Assembly: GCA_003251635.1 (NCBI GenBank)
Contig: QKEW01000017.1
Coordinates: 1 to 59,582 of the forward strand
Length of the DNA: 59,582 bases
Direction: 5' to 3'
DNA from: a bacterium
Lineage (GTDB): Bacteria; Patescibacteriota; Minisyncoccia; Moranbacterales; GWC2-37-73
The notes beneath the pieces are model-generated. The model made no database searches. It was not told the origin of the DNA and worked only from the letters and a program-made list of their open reading frames with translations. A program made the translations under genes and the position numbers. Positions 56,770 through 59,582 of the stretch are shown piece by piece (the first letter of the stretch is position 1; the number at the start of each line of letters is the position of its first letter).

Positions 56770-57858
56770 CTACCGATAGCGTTTATCATCTTGATTTTCC
56801 ACCAAAACACTTTGCAAAAGATCAATGTCTTCCAAAACAATACCAGCTCCGCGCACCACGGCCGTCAAAGGGTCCTCCATCATTCGAACAGGAATTTCTG
56901 TCTGCTGATTGATCAGTTTATCTAAACCACGCACCAAGCTTCCGCCTCCCGCTAAAATTATGCCTCTTTGCATAATGTCAGAGATAAGTTCCGGCGGAGT
57001 TTCCTCAACCACGATCTTGATATTATTGATGATGATTCTGATTGATCGCGACAAAGCTTCTCTGACCTGTTCCTGATTCACCACCACTTCTTTGGGTAAG
57101 CCACTGACCAAATCCCGACCACGCACCGCATAGGTCAATTTTTCTTCTTGAGGGAAAGCGCTTCCAATGGAAATTTTGATATCTTCAGCTGTTCTTTCAC
57201 CCACCAAAAGATTGAATTCATCTCGACAATAACGAACAATGTCTTCGTTCATTTCATCCCCAGCTACTCGCAAGCTTCGAGCCGCCACCACTCCTCCCAA
57301 AGAAATTACCGCGATTTCAGAAGTACCGCCACCGATATCAACCACCATGTTGCCACGAGCTTCGTTTACTGGAAGCCGGGCTCCAATTGCTGCTGCCATT
57401 GGCTCTTCAATCAGATAAGCCTCGCGGGCTCCCGCATTGGTTGCCGCGTCAATAACTGCTTTTTTCTCCACTTCAGTTACTCCCGAAGGAATTCCCACTA
57501 AAATTCTTGGTCTCGGCATTAGAGAAAAAGACTCCTTATGGACTTTCTCCACAAAATATTTAAGCATTTGTTCAGTAACCTCAAAATCACTAACCACTCC
57601 GTCTACCAAAGGACGCACAGCCACAATATGCCCGGGAGTTTTGCCAACCATTCGCTTGGCCTCCTTACCAATTGCTAAAATCTGGCCAGTTTTCTTGTTT
57701 AGGGCAACCACTGAGGGCTCATTAATCACAATGCCTTTGCCTTTAACATAAACCAGAGTATTGGCTGTTCCCAAATCAATTCCAATATCCTTAGAAATTT
57801 TGCCAAAAATCTGACCAGTAAATTTTCGTGTAAATTTTTTAAAATTAAAAAGTGACAT
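56770..57858 (-). CDS. mreB: rod shape-determining actin homolog MreB
   Basis: Motifs are IGIDLGTANTLVY, DIGGGTSEIAVISLGG and AGGGSLVRGLD. The ORF extends to 57891, but MSLFNFKKF (57858) is the more likely start. Confidence 0.95.
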   Translation of the reverse strand: MSLFNFKKFTRKFTGQIFGKISKDIGIDLGTANTLVYVKGKGIVINEPSVVALNKKTGQILAIGKEAKRMVGKTPGHIVAVRPLVDGVVSDFEVTEQMLKYFVEKVHKESFSLMPRPRILVGIPSGVTEVEKKAVIDAATNAGAREAYLIEEPMAAAIGARLPVNEARGNMVVDIGGGTSEIAVISLGGVVAARSLRVAGDEMNEDIVRYCRDEFNLLVGERTAEDIKISIGSAFPQEEKLTYAVRGRDLVSGLPKEVVVNQEQVREALSRSIRIIINNIKIVVEETPPELISDIMQRGIILAGGGSLVRGLDKLINQQTEIPVRMMEDPLTAVVRGAGIVLEDIDLLQSVLVENQDDKRYR

Positions 57859-57988
57859 TATTTTGCAAATAAAAAAAGTTTTCAGATTCAAAAACTTTCA
57901 AGGCTCAACTCCCTATATAATAGTGGCTTTTCGTTGTAATGTCAAAAGTAAAATATTTAGCTATAACTTACGTTAAATTAAAAAAATA

Positions 57989-58531
57989 TCAAATATTAAG
58001 TTTATTTAGTAAAAAATTAGATATTTCTACAAAACCACTAAGACTAGCAGCCCAATTTTGAGAATCCTTGGTCATTGATTTTTTAATTTCCTCAATATCC
58101 ATCCAACCAACCTCTTGAACTTCTCCGTCATTGAACTTCAAATCAGAAACGCTTCCTGGATACTCAAGAAAATAATTTTTAGTAAATTCACAGTTAGGAT
58201 AGTCATTTAGCTTTACCCATTGTCCTAATAATAGCTCATAATTATCAATATTTAATCCAATTTCTTCTTTCAACTCCGACTTCGCACCAGCTTCAATTTC
58301 ATAACCAGCTTTAATATGACCACCAAAACGAGTGTCCCAACAATTTGGATACAAGTCCTTAGAAGTTGATCGTAAATGCACCAAAAATTCAAGTTGATCC
58401 TTTATTTTTCGAAAAAGATAAATGTGCACTGTTCGATGCCAAATACCTTCGGCATGAATTTGACTTCGTGGAGCACTTTGCCCAATAAGCTTATTATTCT
58501 CATCAACGATGTCTAATAATTCTTCAGCCAT
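57989..58531 (-). CDS. NUDIX hydrolase
   Basis: 180 aa with the Nudix box GGHIKAGYEIEAGAKSELKEEIGL. Confidence 0.8.
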   Translation of the reverse strand: MAEELLDIVDENNKLIGQSAPRSQIHAEGIWHRTVHIYLFRKIKDQLEFLVHLRSTSKDLYPNCWDTRFGGHIKAGYEIEAGAKSELKEEIGLNIDNYELLLGQWVKLNDYPNCEFTKNYFLEYPGSVSDLKFNDGEVQEVGWMDIEEIKKSMTKDSQNWAASLSGFVEISNFLLNKLNI

Positions 58532-58591
58532 TGATTTATAAATTTATTCAAAAATAATTTCAATAACCTTGAAGCAGTGGCTGCAAGGAAT

Positions 58592-59299
58592 TTAATTCAA
58601 TTCCAAACGTTTCAAAAATTCGACCAGTTCAGCTCCTTTGATTTTACGCCATTGACCTGGCCGCAAATTTCCCAATTTAATGTTTTCAATTCTAACTCTT
58701 TGCAAATCTTTAACTGCGCGACCAAAAAATCCGCACATTCGTCGAATCTGCCGATTTTTACCTTCAGTTAAAATTATGGAAAAAACCTCCTCCCCTCTTT
58801 TTTTCGTCTGACAGGGTAACGTTTTCTTCCCATCCAAAACCACTCCGCGCTCCATTTTGCGCAAAAAATTTCCATCAATTCCGCCTTCCACTTGAATTCT
58901 ATATTCTTTTTCGTGAACATTTTCACTACTAAGCAGTTTCTCCGTAACTCGCCCATCATTAGTCAAAATTATCAGGCCACGAGAATCTTTATCTAAGCGA
59001 CCAATCGGAAAAACTTTCTGGGGAAAGTTCAATATGTCAGAAATTTCCCGCTCACCCTCTCCAGCGCTATGGGTAATCACATTTTTAGGTTTATTGAAAG
59101 CCAGATAGATATAGTCTTGACGCGGATCCTTTTTTATTTCAACTTTCGAACCCTCCTGAACCTGATCTCCCAAGCAGGCCTTTTTTCCATCAATCAAAAC
59201 CTGCCCACCATCAATCAGTCTGTCCGCCTCACGTCGCGAACAAATTTTTTGCCAAGCCAAATATTTATTAATTCTCATCGGGAAATCAATTTTTTCCAT
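58592..59299 (-). CDS. pseudouridine synthase, RsuA/RluB family, with an S4 domain
   Basis: 235 aa with an N-terminal S4 RNA-binding domain (RINKYLA...SRREADRLI), the catalytic PIGRLDKDSRGLIILTNDG motif and EGKNRQIRRM. Confidence 0.9.
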   Translation of the reverse strand: MEKIDFPMRINKYLAWQKICSRREADRLIDGGQVLIDGKKACLGDQVQEGSKVEIKKDPRQDYIYLAFNKPKNVITHSAGEGEREISDILNFPQKVFPIGRLDKDSRGLIILTNDGRVTEKLLSSENVHEKEYRIQVEGGIDGNFLRKMERGVVLDGKKTLPCQTKKRGEEVFSIILTEGKNRQIRRMCGFFGRAVKDLQRVRIENIKLGNLRPGQWRKIKGAELVEFLKRLELN

Positions 59300-59385
59300 A
59301 ATTTTATCTTTTCAACAACTATCACTCTTTTAAAAATAAAAGTCAACCTTCTTAAGCTGTTCAGCTATGAAATATGTGTCTTGGT

Positions 59386-59417
59386 AAAAATTAAGAGGGT
59401 GTTTCTCACCCTCTTAA
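59386..59417 (-). terminator. rho-independent terminator TTAAGAGGGTG-N5-CACCCTCTTAA + T5
   Basis: Perfect 11-bp stem followed by a T-run on the minus strand, 30 nt downstream of the partial CDS stop. Confidence 0.7.
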
Positions 59418-59448
59418 TAGAAACCATTCCTATTTTCAATCTTTTCTG

Positions 59449-59582
59449 CTAATTCTTCACAAAATTAACTTGTTTTGAGGTGGCCACATTGCCGGCGGCA
59501 TCACTGGCGCGACCATAAGCGACATGACTGCCAGCTGGGAATTTGAAATTGTATTTATAATCGCAAGAGGTCCTATCAGTAC
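59449..59582 (-). CDS. partial CDS (C-terminus only; the gene starts beyond the right edge), beta-rich/Ig-like tail
   Basis: My translation is ...TDRTSCDYKYNFKFPAGSHVAYGRASDAAGNVATSKQVNFVKN*. The A.D.AGN strand resembles the Ig-like segment of the 723-aa protease (AVAYDASGN). The frame stays open to the edge. Confidence 0.4.
   Translation of the reverse strand, partial: TDRTSCDYKYNFKFPAGSHVAYGRASDAAGNVATSKQVNFVKN

Overview
This AT-rich window looks like a small-genome, CPR/Patescibacteria-like bacterium; that assignment is an inference from the divergent 16S (an insertion plus altered universal primer sites), the compact housekeeping genes and the short or absent leaders. Every gene I can support lies on the minus strand: about 65 CDS, 3 tRNA-type genes and one 16S rRNA. 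Positions 1-24.8 kb carry core functions: P-type ATPase, SecA, HPF, murB-murC-murG-ftsW, trmD, an ECF sigma factor, rubrerythrin, MltG, Pcm, YjbQ, malic enzyme, TrxB and a large secreted metzincin-like protein. Positions 24.8-27.4 kb hold a visibly G+C-richer cassette of unknown genes, separated by a perfect 24-26 bp palindrome that occurs three times, followed by a tRNA cluster. Positions 27.76-51.56 kb form a roughly 23.7 kb accessory island bracketed by two copies of the 16S rRNA 3' end and trailer. The island carries four tyrosine recombinases, an MboI/DpnII-type M-R-M restriction-modification system, a LexA/S24-type repressor and a phage-like module (TerS, TerL, ParB-like nuclease, Dam-like methylase, replication-like protein) with no structural genes. 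It also carries the best candidate for an undescribed system: a tightly coupled operon of small HTH, TM-anchored alpha/beta protein, SMODS/CD-NTase-like nucleotidyltransferase, zinc ribbon and Schlafen/AlbA_2 protein. Directly downstream is a HAD-Macro-double-zinc-ribbon operon. Positions 51.5-59.6 kb contain the 16S rRNA, which is unlinked to a 23S within this window, then mrdA-mreD-mreC-mreB (listed by coordinate), a NUDIX hydrolase and a pseudouridine synthase. All functional calls come from motif recognition by eye; no database search was run.
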